Below, piece after piece: positions 1 to 9,617 of a DNA stretch of 51,408 nucleotides. The notes below the pieces were generated by a model, which had not been told where the DNA came from, made no database searches, and was given only the letters and a program-made list of their open reading frames with translations. The stretch is from an uncultured bacterium (GTDB taxonomy: Bacteria > Patescibacteriota > Minisyncoccia > Moranbacterales > GWC2-37-73). The position numbers and the translations under genes are program-made. Positions within the stretch are counted from its first letter, which is position 1, and each line of letters opens with the position of its first letter. The DNA is taken from positions 1-51,408 of the forward strand of contig CAINNK010000046.1 of the NCBI GenBank assembly GCA_903851135.1. Reading direction: 5' to 3'.

Positions 1-2
1 AA

Positions 3-95
3 TACAAGTTGAAATTATGGAATATGTATTACAACGACCTGGAACATTGTGGACTTGGTGGAAAAACACCAAATGAAGTGCTACAATTAGCCTAA
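3..95 (+). mobile_element. C-terminal end of an IS transposase (rve/DDE integrase core, IS481/IS3-like), truncated by window start
   Basis: Frame 3 reads YKLKLWNMYYNDLEHCGLGGKTPNEVLQLA*, matching the W..YN...H..L...TP.E tail of rve transposases. A probable right end (...aaatgtctgttcctaaaaca) finishes at about 139. Confidence 0.7.
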
Positions 96-165
96 TTTCT
101 TAACTTACATGGAACCGCCAAATGTCTGTTCCTAAAACATTAAAAACATCCCAAAAAACTTCAAA

Positions 166-1161
166 TTAGCCGAAAATTCCAATCAAGACTGCGCCGGCGA
201 CCATCAAGGCAGTGGCCACGAGTTTTCTTTTCACTTCTTTGCGCTCCTTTAAAATGAAATACGCAATCAAAAAAGCAAACATTGGATTCAGACGCTTGAG
301 TGCCATAACATACGATACACTTCCCCATTGCAAAGCCGTGTAGATGCTTCCATTGGCAACCGACATTGCAATTCCAGTCAAAAGCGCAATTCTCAAAAAA
401 TTCTTTTTTGCAATCAATTTTTTGAAACTATCAAGCAGCTCGGCAAAGCTAATCTTTTTCCTTCTGGCGGAGCTTTCATTTTTCAAAACACTATAAGATT
501 TTCTTGAAACAAACAAGACAAAAGGCATAATCAAAAACAAAATTGCCAAAATAAATTGCATAAAAACAACCACCAACATTGGTGAACTTTGCTGCACAGC
601 AATTTTTGTCCCAATTGGAGAAATGGAAAAAGCAATGCCGACAATAATCACATAAATAGTTGCCAAACGCATGTTTTTTCTTTGAAGCTGCTCACTTTCA
701 CTCAAAATTCTTTTTGATTTCTTTTTGAAAGAAATAAGCAACGCTCCGGCCACAATAAAAACCATTCCAACCAAACTTCCCCCGGTTGGAATTTCCCCAA
801 GTCCAACATACGCCGTGACGACTGTAAACAAAGTGGTCAAAGTGACCCATGGGGTGACAAAGCTGTATTCCGCCAATTGCATTGCGCGATAGCCGATCAC
901 AACCCCTAACGCATTAAAGGGCATCGCAATTGCAATGCCTTTCCAAAATTCAAAATGATCCTTGATTTCAAAGGAAAGTCCCTTTGTTAAAAATGCATAT
1001 AAGGTGATGACGATAGTTGCGGCAGCATAGTTAAAAAATCCAATAATAGCCTTGCCATTTTGGACATCTTTAATTTGATTCAGATTTTTGTAATTCATCG
1101 CCCAGGAAATCGCCTGCGCCAATGCTCCTGCGATTGAAAGCGAAACCCAAAGAATGGTCAT
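166..1161 (-). CDS. EamA/DMT family membrane transporter
   Basis: 331 aa with about 10 hydrophobic segments in two repeats. Typical DMT signatures: 'LGEIPTGGSLVGMVFIVAG' and 'FILKER..KRKLVATALMVAGAVLI'. Confidence 0.85.
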   Translation of the reverse strand: MTILWVSLSIAGALAQAISWAMNYKNLNQIKDVQNGKAIIGFFNYAAATIVITLYAFLTKGLSFEIKDHFEFWKGIAIAMPFNALGVVIGYRAMQLAEYSFVTPWVTLTTLFTVVTAYVGLGEIPTGGSLVGMVFIVAGALLISFKKKSKRILSESEQLQRKNMRLATIYVIIVGIAFSISPIGTKIAVQQSSPMLVVVFMQFILAILFLIMPFVLFVSRKSYSVLKNESSARRKKISFAELLDSFKKLIAKKNFLRIALLTGIAMSVANGSIYTALQWGSVSYVMALKRLNPMFAFLIAYFILKERKEVKRKLVATALMVAGAVLIGIFG

Positions 1162-1219
1162 AAAAGTTTTATTAAAAAAATAAAAATTGACCTTACAAAT
1201 ATAGCAAGTTTTTGAAAAT

Positions 1220-1257
1220 AAAAAAAGAAGCCAGATATTTTGTATAAAAATATCTGG
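1220..1257 (-). terminator. Intrinsic terminator
   Basis: Stem ccagatatttt/aaaatatctgg followed on the minus strand by a T run, directly after the stop of 1261..1686. Confidence 0.6.
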
Positions 1258-1260
1258 ACT

Positions 1261-1686
1261 TCAAAGTGCCATTAATATGGCTCCAGTAATTGCCAGAACG
1301 ATGCTGGTCGCATGAAAAGTGTTAAGCTTTCCCTCTTTCTTCCAATAGTAATAGGAAGCTGGCAAAACACGTTTCAGCATATAGACACCAGGAATGACGG
1401 CACCGAGCTGAAAAGAAAAGCTAGCCAACGCATTGGAAAATGCCATTGGAATGCTGACCATCAAGAAAATCAAAGCCAATTTTCGTCGACCTCCAACATT
1501 GTGGCTCAGGTTTTCCAAGCCTTTTCCTTTGTTAGTCAAAATTGCCGCTAGAAACAGAGCCACGGCAATCCCCAGATGAGCCATCCAAGATGTAAAAGTA
1601 GCTGAGGTCATCAAGACGCAGGCTTTGTTCGTCGCTGGAGTGATGAAATTGTAGATCACCAGCGAAGCAACAGATTGACCCAACAA
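1261..1686 (-). CDS. Single-domain or truncated EamA/DMT-like membrane protein (possible pseudogene)
   Basis: Resembles the C-terminal half of 166..1161 (PMAFSNALASFSFQLGAV..VYMLKR versus AMSVANGSIYTALQWGSVSYVMALKR). It has only a TTG start, and the upstream ATG near 1712 is out of frame. Confidence 0.55.
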   Translation of the reverse strand: MLGQSVASLVIYNFITPATNKACVLMTSATFTSWMAHLGIAVALFLAAILTNKGKGLENLSHNVGGRRKLALIFLMVSIPMAFSNALASFSFQLGAVIPGVYMLKRVLPASYYYWKKEGKLNTFHATSIVLAITGAILMAL

Positions 1687-1764
1687 AGACCACTATGCCA
1701 GTGTTTAGTCATAAATAGTTCTTATTACTTTTAAGCAACAAAACATACGAGGAGAAAGAAACTC

Positions 1765-2915
1765 ATGAAAAAAGCACAGATTTTAGGAAGGTTCAAGAAA
1801 GAGGGTGGCAACACCTATGGCATTGCTTTTGTCATGCGGAAGAGCTACACATACAAAAGGATGAAAAGTCCTGTAATCAGAGGGTTAGTATTTATGATTG
1901 CTGGCCAGAAAGGACCCCACATCGTCAAAACCTTCTCAGGAAGCGGAAGAGCTACACATACAAAAGGATGAAAAGTCCTGTAATCAGAGGGTTAGTATTT
2001 ATGATTGCTGGCCAGAAAGGACCCCACATCGTCAAAACCTTCTCAGGAACAGGAGCAGACAAAAAGTGGAACCACATCCTTCAGATTGCTATTCCAGATT
2101 ATGATTCATGCGTTCAAACCATGGGTTCCGGCATTGATGTTCGCAGAATCATTGACATCCACTTTCCGACAAATGCTGAACTGGAAGAAATCATTCCGAA
2201 GTCGGTTCTTTCGCAAATGCCAGAAGATCACAGCATGGTGGAGATGGAAGACGCCTGGATTTATGAAGTTATGATGGATCACCTGCGAGAAAAACATGAA
2301 ACGCAGAACAAAATTGAAATTTTCATGGGAAAAAAACGCTGGAACACCATGATGAGGCATTTCACTAATCCTTTTTCTGTTGCGTTCTGCTGTGTTTGTG
2401 GTTCGCCTTTCTATCCCAAAAATCAGACGCTAAAACGGACCGAAAAAGTCATTGATGATTTCTCGGGACACTGGGCAAGGATAATCCATCCTCAACAAAA
2501 TGCTGGCACAGCAGTTATGTATGCCACAAATCAACCTGACGTTGGATGGCTTGAAACCAATGATCTGGATGGTAAGATCGAACGTGGTTTCGTTATCATT
2601 CAATCATCTCCACACTTCTCTGATGAGCACATAAAATTGACCGAGTTCACATTAAAAGGAATCGACGGTAAATTCTATGGCCCTCCCAAGAAAGACCATG
2701 ATTCTCTGGAATTTTTTATTGTTTATGGAGACGCAAAAAATGTCTATCCAGGCAAAGGATTCTATCAAGAACATTCACTGGAAAATGACACTTTTATTGA
2801 AATTAAAGTCAGCAATCACCAAAAAGGTCTGGCACATATCCAAATCTTAAAAAGGCAAGAGAAAGGCGGGCTCAAACAAATTGATAGTGCCGTCATTTTC
2901 TTTCTGTATTGTTGA
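1765..2915 (+). pseudogene. Hypothetical protein split by an exact 107-bp tandem duplication (ORFs 1765..1971 and 1968..2915)
   Basis: SD-like gaggag precedes ATG 1765. Removing one repeat copy restores a single ORF of about 347 aa containing a CCVCG motif. Confidence 0.7.
1836..2049. repeat. Exact tandem direct repeat, 2 x 107 bp (1836-1942, 1943-2049)
   Basis: gcggaagagctacac...ccttctcaggaa occurs twice back to back. Confidence 0.95.
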
Positions 2916-2939
2916 TTATTTTAACAATCAGCCCTTAAC

Positions 2940-2968
2940 GCCCCGTGCAATCGCCGGGGCATTTTTTT
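2940..2968 (+). terminator. Intrinsic terminator
   Basis: gccccg-tgcaatcgc-cggggc followed by attttttt after the stop at 2915. Confidence 0.75.
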
Positions 2969-3080
2969 ATAATTTCTAGCGAGCCGCAAGGCGAAAGCTC
3001 ACTTTCATCTTTGGCGAGTGACGAGATTTCAAACAATGTCATCTTCCATGACATTGTTTATTTTAAAATATCTACATCCA

Positions 3081-3110
3081 TTGACCCCTTTCCCATAAAA
3101 GATATATAAT
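3081..3110 (+). promoter_or_regulatory. Sigma70-like promoter for the glycosylation operon
   Basis: TTGACC-18 nt-TATAAT, about 60 nt upstream of ATG 3170. Confidence 0.65.
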
Positions 3111-3169
3111 AACCCTAGTTGGTTGAGGACTCTTTTCCGTCGCCAATTTAATTTGTATAAAAATTTTCT

Positions 3170-4450
3170 ATGACTCAAACAAACAAACAGAAAGTTTGCG
3201 TAATCGGCATGGGCTATGTTGGACTTCCATTGGCAGCGGTTTGCGCAAAAGATGGCTACGATGTAACTGGTTATGACCTTGACAAAGGAAAGCTTGATAT
3301 TATCGCCCAAGGCAAGAGCCCTTTTTATGAAGAATTTTTGGATGATCTTCTGCCAAATGTAAAATTCAAAGTCACCAATGATCCTGAAGACATTAAACAT
3401 AATGACATCTATGTGATTTGTGTGCCAACTCCAGTTGATGAAAAACACAATCCGATTATCAAATATGTTGCCGATGCCTCTTTTACTGTTTCCAAAAACA
3501 TGGACAAAGGTGCCTTGGTCATTTTAGAGTCAACCGTCAACCCTGGCGTCAGTGAACAAGTTGTCAAACCGATTTTTGAACGGGCAGGTTTTACTATTGG
3601 AAAAGATGTTTTCATTTCACATTGTCCTGAACGAGTTGATCCAGGCAACAAAAAATGGAACGTCACCAATCTACCAAGAGTAGTCGGTTCTTTCGACGCA
3701 GAAGGCCTGAAAAGAACTGTTGAATTTTACAAAAACATCACTTCCGGAGAAATCGCTGAAATGGACAACATTCGTGAAGCAGAAGCAACTAAAATTTTGG
3801 AAAATTCCTTCCGTGACATAAACATCGCTTTCGTCAATGAGATGGCTATGTCTTTTGCTAAAATTGATATCGACATCACTAATGTCATTCGAGGCGCTTC
3901 TTCAAAATTCTCTTTCATGCCCCACTATCCCGGCTGCGGAGTCGGCGGACATTGCATTCCAGTCGATCCATATTATATGATTGAAAAAGGCAAAGAAAAT
4001 GATTTCGAGCACAAATTTCTTTCAGCCGCCAGAAAAATCAATGATGGCATGGCAGACTATACTGTCGAAATGCTACAAGACAAATTAAATGATGTTTCAA
4101 AGGCAGTCAAAGGCACAAAAATTGGCGTACTCGGAATTTCCTACAAAGCCAACATCGGAGACTTGCGAGAAAGTCCCTCCCTACGAATCATTGATAAAAT
4201 CAAAAAAATGGGTGCTGATTTGCTGACTTTTGATCCATACGTACCTCAACTTTCAACCGAAAAAACTCTCGCGGAAATTCTTAAAAAATCAGAGGCGCTC
4301 GTTATTGTTACTAACCACAATGAATTCAAGGATATTCCCGTGGAGGATTTTGTGAAAAATGGTATCAAAGTTATCATTGATGGACGCAATTGTTTGGACA
4401 AAAAGGCCATCCGCGCCGCTGGAATTGTCTACGCCGGCATTGGACGCTAG
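3170..4450 (+). CDS. Nucleotide-sugar dehydrogenase (UDP-HexNAc 6-dehydrogenase, WecC/WbpA/WbpO-like)
   Basis: Rossmann GMGYVGLP, ICVPTP, LESTVNPG, CPERVDPG, AEATKILENSFRDINIAFVNE, catalytic GGHCIPVDPYY, YKANIGDLRESP. Confidence 0.93.
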   Translation: MTQTNKQKVCVIGMGYVGLPLAAVCAKDGYDVTGYDLDKGKLDIIAQGKSPFYEEFLDDLLPNVKFKVTNDPEDIKHNDIYVICVPTPVDEKHNPIIKYVADASFTVSKNMDKGALVILESTVNPGVSEQVVKPIFERAGFTIGKDVFISHCPERVDPGNKKWNVTNLPRVVGSFDAEGLKRTVEFYKNITSGEIAEMDNIREAEATKILENSFRDINIAFVNEMAMSFAKIDIDITNVIRGASSKFSFMPHYPGCGVGGHCIPVDPYYMIEKGKENDFEHKFLSAARKINDGMADYTVEMLQDKLNDVSKAVKGTKIGVLGISYKANIGDLRESPSLRIIDKIKKMGADLLTFDPYVPQLSTEKTLAEILKKSEALVIVTNHNEFKDIPVEDFVKNGIKVIIDGRNCLDKKAIRAAGIVYAGIGR

Positions 4451-4543
4451 CATTGCCTTAAAAAAGAAAAGTAGTATACTTTATATAGAGCAGCCTGATT
4501 TGATATTTTGCATTAGCTATTAGAAATTAGGCATTTTAAAACC

Positions 4544-4774
4544 ATGTTTCATTTGTTAAAACTCATTGTTTGGTTTGCTGGCATCCTGGTGATTGCCTAT
4601 TTGGCGCTCCCCTTTTTCGGCTATCAACTGAATCTGAATTATTTCAATGAAAGCAAAGCGCTCTGTCAGCAGAAGTTGGATGTTTGTTCAAAAAACATTG
4701 TCAACTACGGCACCAAAGATGCCAAATGTGATTTCAGATGTGTTGATCCCAAATTAGTAATCAAAAAGAATTAA
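4544..4774 (+). CDS. Small membrane-anchored protein with four Cys
   Basis: N-terminal TM helix followed by C..C..C..C. Lies in the operon between two clear genes. Confidence 0.7.
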   Translation: MFHLLKLIVWFAGILVIAYLALPFFGYQLNLNYFNESKALCQQKLDVCSKNIVNYGTKDAKCDFRCVDPKLVIKKN

Positions 4775-4792
4775 TTTTATAATTAAAAAATT

Positions 4793-5743
4793 ATGAGACT
4801 GATTGTAAATCTTCCAGCTTTCAATGAGGAAGAAAAAATTGCCGAAACTATCAAAAGAATTCCTCGTCAAATTCCCGGCATCGATGAAGTGCTCGTGCAA
4901 GTTATTGATGATGGTTCAAAAGACAAAACGATTGAAGTTGCCAAAGCAGCTGGAGCTGACTTTGTCTACACCAATGGTCTTAATCGCGGAATTGGCATCA
5001 CCTTCAAACATGCCGTGGAAAGCGCTTTGGACAATGGCGCTGACATCATGTGCAACATGGATGCTGATGGACAATTTAATCCTCAAGATATCGTCAAAAT
5101 CATTGATCCTATCTTGAAAAAAGAAGCTGACATGGTTAGTGCAACGCGCTTTGGCAACAAAAAAGCCAAAGATATGCCAAAAGCGAAATACTATCTCAAT
5201 CTTATCGCCGCCAAAATCATCGGAAGTTTTATGAACTACGCAATCGATGATCTTACTTGCGGCTTTCGAGCCTACAGCCGAGAAACCATGATTCGTCTGA
5301 ACATCACCCCAGGCTTTACCTACACCCAAGAAACCATCATTGATGCTATTGGCAAACATTTGAAACTGAAATGGATTGCAGTTGAAGTCACCTATTTTGC
5401 TGGCCGAAAATCTAGAGTTGTGAAAAGTATTTTCAACTATATTAGCAACAGCGGCAAAATCATTCTTGAAGCTGTCCGCGATGTGCGCCCAATGAAATTC
5501 TTCGGTTGGCCAGCTTTCATTTTGCTTTTGACCTCCCTTGGATTTTTCATTCATTTTTTGGTTTTGTATTTCGGTGATTTCAAAATTACCCCGCATCGCA
5601 ACAGTCTTTTTGCAGGCATCACTTTGCTGATTGTTGGCATTCAATTTCTCATTTTCGCTTTCATCGCCGACATGATAAAATCTGCCCGAAAATTGATTGA
5701 GGATCAAGCCCACACCCTCAAAAAATGGCGCTACAAAAAGTAG
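4793..5743 (+). CDS. Glycosyltransferase family 2 (polyprenol-phosphate glycosyltransferase-like, two C-terminal TMs)
   Basis: LPAFNEE, IDDGSKD, MDADGQF, DLTCGFRAY and a C-terminal TM pair. Confidence 0.92.
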   Translation: MRLIVNLPAFNEEEKIAETIKRIPRQIPGIDEVLVQVIDDGSKDKTIEVAKAAGADFVYTNGLNRGIGITFKHAVESALDNGADIMCNMDADGQFNPQDIVKIIDPILKKEADMVSATRFGNKKAKDMPKAKYYLNLIAAKIIGSFMNYAIDDLTCGFRAYSRETMIRLNITPGFTYTQETIIDAIGKHLKLKWIAVEVTYFAGRKSRVVKSIFNYISNSGKIILEAVRDVRPMKFFGWPAFILLLTSLGFFIHFLVLYFGDFKITPHRNSLFAGITLLIVGIQFLIFAFIADMIKSARKLIEDQAHTLKKWRYKK

Positions 5744-5764
5744 CAACCACATTCTTACAACTCA

Positions 5765-5796
5765 GAAAAAATGCCAAAAAAAGATGGCATTTTTTC
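5765..5796. terminator. Bidirectional-type hairpin terminator
   Basis: gaaaaaatgcca...tggcatttttt after the GT2 stop. Confidence 0.6.
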
Positions 5797-5851
5797 TTGT
5801 CTAAAGTCGCAAAATAAGCTAAGATAAAGATATGATTTTTAAGCTTAATCT

Positions 5852-6961
5852 ATGAAAATACTATTCATTTCACACACCTATCCCCCAATCGTGGGCGGGA
5901 TCGAAGCTCAAAATTTCGAATTGGCAAAATGGCTAAGTAAAATTGCGCAAGTTAAGGTTATCGCCAACACCAAGGGCCGTTGGTTTCTGCCATTTTTTGC
6001 GCCGCTTGCTCTGCTAAAAGCTTTATGGCTGCTGCCAAAATATGATGTCGTAATTTTCGGCAGTGGCATTTTAGCTATTGATGGTTGGATCATCAAATTA
6101 TTTTCCAAAAAACCTGTCATTTCCGTCATTCATGGTCTAGATATTAACTACGGCTCGGCTTCGCTGGGAGTCCGGGGCGAAAAAATTCTTGTTACCATTT
6201 ATCAAAAACTATGGGTCGGAATTTTTCTCAAAAGCGCTGACAAACTTATTGCCGTTGGCAATGAGACTATCAAAGTTGCAATTGAAAGAGGAATTCCCAA
6301 AGAAAAAATCGTCTTCATTCCCAATGGCGTAGACACGGAAAAAAATTTGGTTGAAAAAACCAAAACAGATCTTGAAAAAATTCTTGGTATTTCCATTGCC
6401 GACAAAAAAATATTGCTAACCTCAGGACGACTAGCCAAAAGAAAAGGCGTTGCTTGGTTCATCCGCAATGTTTTTCCGAAATTACCAACAGAATATCTCT
6501 ATGTGATTGCAGGTGATGGCAAAGACAAAGAGAGTGTCCTCCAGGCAATAACCGAAAAGAAACTAGAGCAGCGAATTTTAGTGTTGGGCTATGTCACTGA
6601 TGAAGTTCGCAACACTCTCTGGGCCACTTGCGATTTGTTTGTTCAGCCTAACATCAAAATAGCCGGCGACATGGAAGGTTTTGGCATTTCCGTAATTGAA
6701 GCTGGGGCCTGTCGCTTGCCAGTTCTGGCTTCGGATCTTGAAGGTCTCAAGGATGCTATTAAAGATGGCAAAAATGGATTTTTAGTTGAATCGGAAAATT
6801 CGCAGGCTTTTGCCGAGAAAATCACACAGCTTTTTGCCAACGGTAGTCCACGCGAAATCTTTGGCCAAGCCGTCAGGGATTATGTTGTTGAAAATTATCA
6901 ATGGAAAAAAATCGCCGAGCAGTATATGCAAGAAATAATAAAAGTAACCAGCAATCAGTAA
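5852..6961 (+). CDS. Glycosyltransferase family 4
   Basis: YPPIVGGIE, IPNGVD, GRLAKRKG, EGFGISVIEAGA (EX7E). Confidence 0.93.
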   Translation: MKILFISHTYPPIVGGIEAQNFELAKWLSKIAQVKVIANTKGRWFLPFFAPLALLKALWLLPKYDVVIFGSGILAIDGWIIKLFSKKPVISVIHGLDINYGSASLGVRGEKILVTIYQKLWVGIFLKSADKLIAVGNETIKVAIERGIPKEKIVFIPNGVDTEKNLVEKTKTDLEKILGISIADKKILLTSGRLAKRKGVAWFIRNVFPKLPTEYLYVIAGDGKDKESVLQAITEKKLEQRILVLGYVTDEVRNTLWATCDLFVQPNIKIAGDMEGFGISVIEAGACRLPVLASDLEGLKDAIKDGKNGFLVESENSQAFAEKITQLFANGSPREIFGQAVRDYVVENYQWKKIAEQYMQEIIKVTSNQ

Positions 6962-6973
6962 TTTGATTTTGAA

Positions 6974-8899
6974 ATGCTATCATTTATCTCCTCACAATTT
7001 AGCTTTTTCTTAACCCTGGGATTAATTCTTTTTGTTCCAGGGCTATGTTTGATTGCAGCAACCGGATTGCAGCGGAATTTTTCTTCTTTGGAAAAATTCA
7101 TACTTTCATTTAGCCTTAGCATTATTGTTGTTGATTTCATCCTTATCCTGATTGGAAAAAGTGGATTTACAATCAATCACTTGAACATTCTTGGCGCGCT
7201 AACAATTTTTGGCGCTGTTTGTTTGGGCATTTATATGTATAGGAAAAACGCTGACACCAAAAAGTCCACCGAAAAAACATCAGACAATTTGCCGGCAAAA
7301 TCCAGCTTACTTGTCATTATCCTGATTTTCCTGACCATTTTCATCAAAACTATTTACTTGCAAGATGTGATTTTCCCAACTGCTACAGACATGGGTCATC
7401 ACATGTATTGGACAAAGACAATTGCAACCACCGGAGCGCTGCCAAAATATGAAAAAGCGGACATTCTTCAAGATAACACCGTCAGTAAACCAGCACCGAT
7501 TGCGGATTTTATTATCGGCGAACATCTCATCTTTGCAGCCATTGCCATAATCTCTGGAGCACAATTCATTTCCGCTTTTCCAATTTTGGTGCTTTTCTTG
7601 ATCAACGTCATGTCCGTGCTGGCTATTTTCATTTTAACCAAAGAGCTTTTCAAAGATTCTAAAAACGTAAACTTGATTTCAATTTTAGCGCTTTTCTTGG
7701 TTGGACCGCTTTATGCTTTGGCATCACCGCAAGCAAAATTTGTCAGTGGCGGCGTTATCGGCAACACAATTGGCAATCTTTTCATTCCGATGACCTTGCT
7801 ATTGTTTTTACGAGCTTTCAAAGAGAAGAAATCAACTTATTTTGCCCTGGCTGTTTTCATTGCTCTTGGCATGGCTTACACTCATCATCTCAGCACCTTT
7901 GTTTTCATTTTCATAGCGTTCTTTTCTTTGTTAATCTTCGGCGCCTTAAATTTCAAAGAATTAAAAACCTACTGCGCGCAATGGCTTAAACTGGTTTTCT
8001 CGCCTGCCGTACTGGCAATTTTTGCCTTGGCGATTGTTTTTGTTTTTTTCATCTACACGCCAACCTATCTCAACTCCAGCGCCATCAACACAGCCGTTGG
8101 AGCCCCCAGTAAAGCCAGTCGAGCAGGCCTTACCCTGACCCAACTCAAATCTACGGCCGGCGAAGCACGTTTTGCCCTGGCCGCGGTCGCCATTGTAATT
8201 CTTTTGCTAGCCAAAAAGATGGACAAATACCCTCGAGCATTTCTGCTAGGTTGGACAATTTCTCTTTCAATTATGTCGCTTCGCCCTGATTGGCTTTTTG
8301 TTGACATCCCTTCTGATCGCATTGCAAGTTACGTCATCTTTCCCAGTGCGATTGCAGCCGCCTATGGTTTTGTTTTCATTTTTTCCAAAATCAAAACTGC
8401 CAACCCGGAAAAAAATTATCTGAAACAGTCGCTGCTTTTTTATTGCTTTTTTGTTTTGATAACTTTTTTTGCAGTCAGTGGCTTTTATGAAAATTCAATG
8501 GCGCTCAACACTGGTAACAATGCCAAGGAAGCTATCCAGACCTACGCAGCTTCGACTTATTTAGCTGGAAAATTGAAAGCCAATGACTTTGTGCTCAAAG
8601 ATCACAACTACCTAACCGGTGATTCCTGGGTAAAGCTATTTTTCATGCGCGGCTATAATTTTCCATTTTCCAGAGGATATTTCAAACGCTATCAAGATGA
8701 CACAAAGACTCGCGAACAGTGCACCAATAATATGATTTCCCTGCCTAGCAGCCCAGAAGCGCAAAAATGTTTTGCTGGGACCAAAATAGATTTCGTGATG
8801 CTCAATCCTAACAATGACGCCGCCCAATTCAATCGCCTCAATGATTTCTGGCAAGTCTACACCGCAGACAATATAGCTGTTTTTTACAAAGCCAAATAA
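6974..8899 (+). CDS. Polytopic membrane protein, probable GT-C fold glycosyltransferase
   Basis: 641 aa with many TM helices, a first external loop carrying 'TDMGHH', 'YTHHLS', and a soluble C-terminal domain. Operon context supports it. Confidence 0.65.
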   Translation: MLSFISSQFSFFLTLGLILFVPGLCLIAATGLQRNFSSLEKFILSFSLSIIVVDFILILIGKSGFTINHLNILGALTIFGAVCLGIYMYRKNADTKKSTEKTSDNLPAKSSLLVIILIFLTIFIKTIYLQDVIFPTATDMGHHMYWTKTIATTGALPKYEKADILQDNTVSKPAPIADFIIGEHLIFAAIAIISGAQFISAFPILVLFLINVMSVLAIFILTKELFKDSKNVNLISILALFLVGPLYALASPQAKFVSGGVIGNTIGNLFIPMTLLLFLRAFKEKKSTYFALAVFIALGMAYTHHLSTFVFIFIAFFSLLIFGALNFKELKTYCAQWLKLVFSPAVLAIFALAIVFVFFIYTPTYLNSSAINTAVGAPSKASRAGLTLTQLKSTAGEARFALAAVAIVILLLAKKMDKYPRAFLLGWTISLSIMSLRPDWLFVDIPSDRIASYVIFPSAIAAAYGFVFIFSKIKTANPEKNYLKQSLLFYCFFVLITFFAVSGFYENSMALNTGNNAKEAIQTYAASTYLAGKLKANDFVLKDHNYLTGDSWVKLFFMRGYNFPFSRGYFKRYQDDTKTREQCTNNMISLPSSPEAQKCFAGTKIDFVMLNPNNDAAQFNRLNDFWQVYTADNIAVFYKAK

Positions 8900-8966
8900 G
8901 CAGTTTTTGGTTCAGAGTTCACGGTTCGCAGTTAAAGTTCTTAAGCAAGTAAAATTCAACAAAAAA

Positions 8967-9329
8967 ATGAACAATAAGACTATTATTTTTTCAACCATTT
9001 TTTTTCTCATGCTCAGTTTTGTTTTTCTGGCTATCGTCGAGAAAAAAGCCTCGGACCCAAACAACCAAAACATCTGGATGCTTTATTTTGAAAATCCGCA
9101 AAACCAAGCAATTGATTTCAAAATTGAAAATCATTCCAGCAACGTTTCCTTTCACTGGCAGTTTGCTGCCGACAAAACAATCATCAAAGAAGGCAACGCA
9201 ATTGTTTCCCTCGGAGAAACAAAAAATATTCCGGTTTCAATTTCAGTTCCCGAATTGGCAGGCAAGAAAATCACCATCTCAGTGACAAGTGATAGCAAAG
9301 TCAAAGAGATATATAAAAACTTTCCTTAA
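8967..9329 (+). CDS. Membrane-anchored hypothetical protein (beta-rich ectodomain)
   Basis: ATG 8967 (MNNKTIIF...) preferred over TTG 8907, which falls in a heptamer repeat. N-terminal TM helix. Confidence 0.7.
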   Translation: MNNKTIIFSTIFFLMLSFVFLAIVEKKASDPNNQNIWMLYFENPQNQAIDFKIENHSSNVSFHWQFAADKTIIKEGNAIVSLGETKNIPVSISVPELAGKKITISVTSDSKVKEIYKNFP

Positions 9330-9447
9330 AATCCTAATTTCAAAATCTAAATTCCCAATAAATGACTAAGCTCAAAAAAAATTAAAAAATGTAAAACATC
9401 AAAATAAATAGTCACCAATAAGAAACTTTTTGGATTTATGATTTTGG

Positions 9448-9517
9448 ATTTTATTATCTAGCGTAGTGAGCGAAATGAAAGTAATCCTTCATTTCGCAGC
9501 GAGCGACGATAACAAAG
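9448..9517 (+). repeat. Palindromic intergenic repeat family C (copy 1)
   Basis: ttttattatctagcgtagtgagcgaaatgaaagtaatccttcatttcgcagcgagcgacgataacaaag. An inverted homolog lies at 36655-36723 and a looser relative at about 2973-3028. Confidence 0.8.
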
Positions 9518-9617
9518 AATTTATTATTTATTTGACATTGGAAATTTAGATTTTGGATTTTTAAAACAGCTTAGAGAAAAAATAGACTGAATATTTTAAC
9601 TATAAATAATCAAAAAC

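Noticed and set aside
1836-2049. DGR template/variable repeat pair
   Set aside because: The copies are identical with no adenine-specific mismatches, and no reverse transcriptase is present.
3029-3448. 139-aa minus-strand ORF
   Set aside because: It overlaps the dehydrogenase start and its promoter, and has no recognisable features.
4916-5752. 278-aa antisense ORF (also 31799..32587, 45221..45775, 41861..42340, 28785..29267 and other short overlapping ORFs)
   Set aside because: These are shadows of well-supported genes on the opposite strand or frame, with no motifs of their own.
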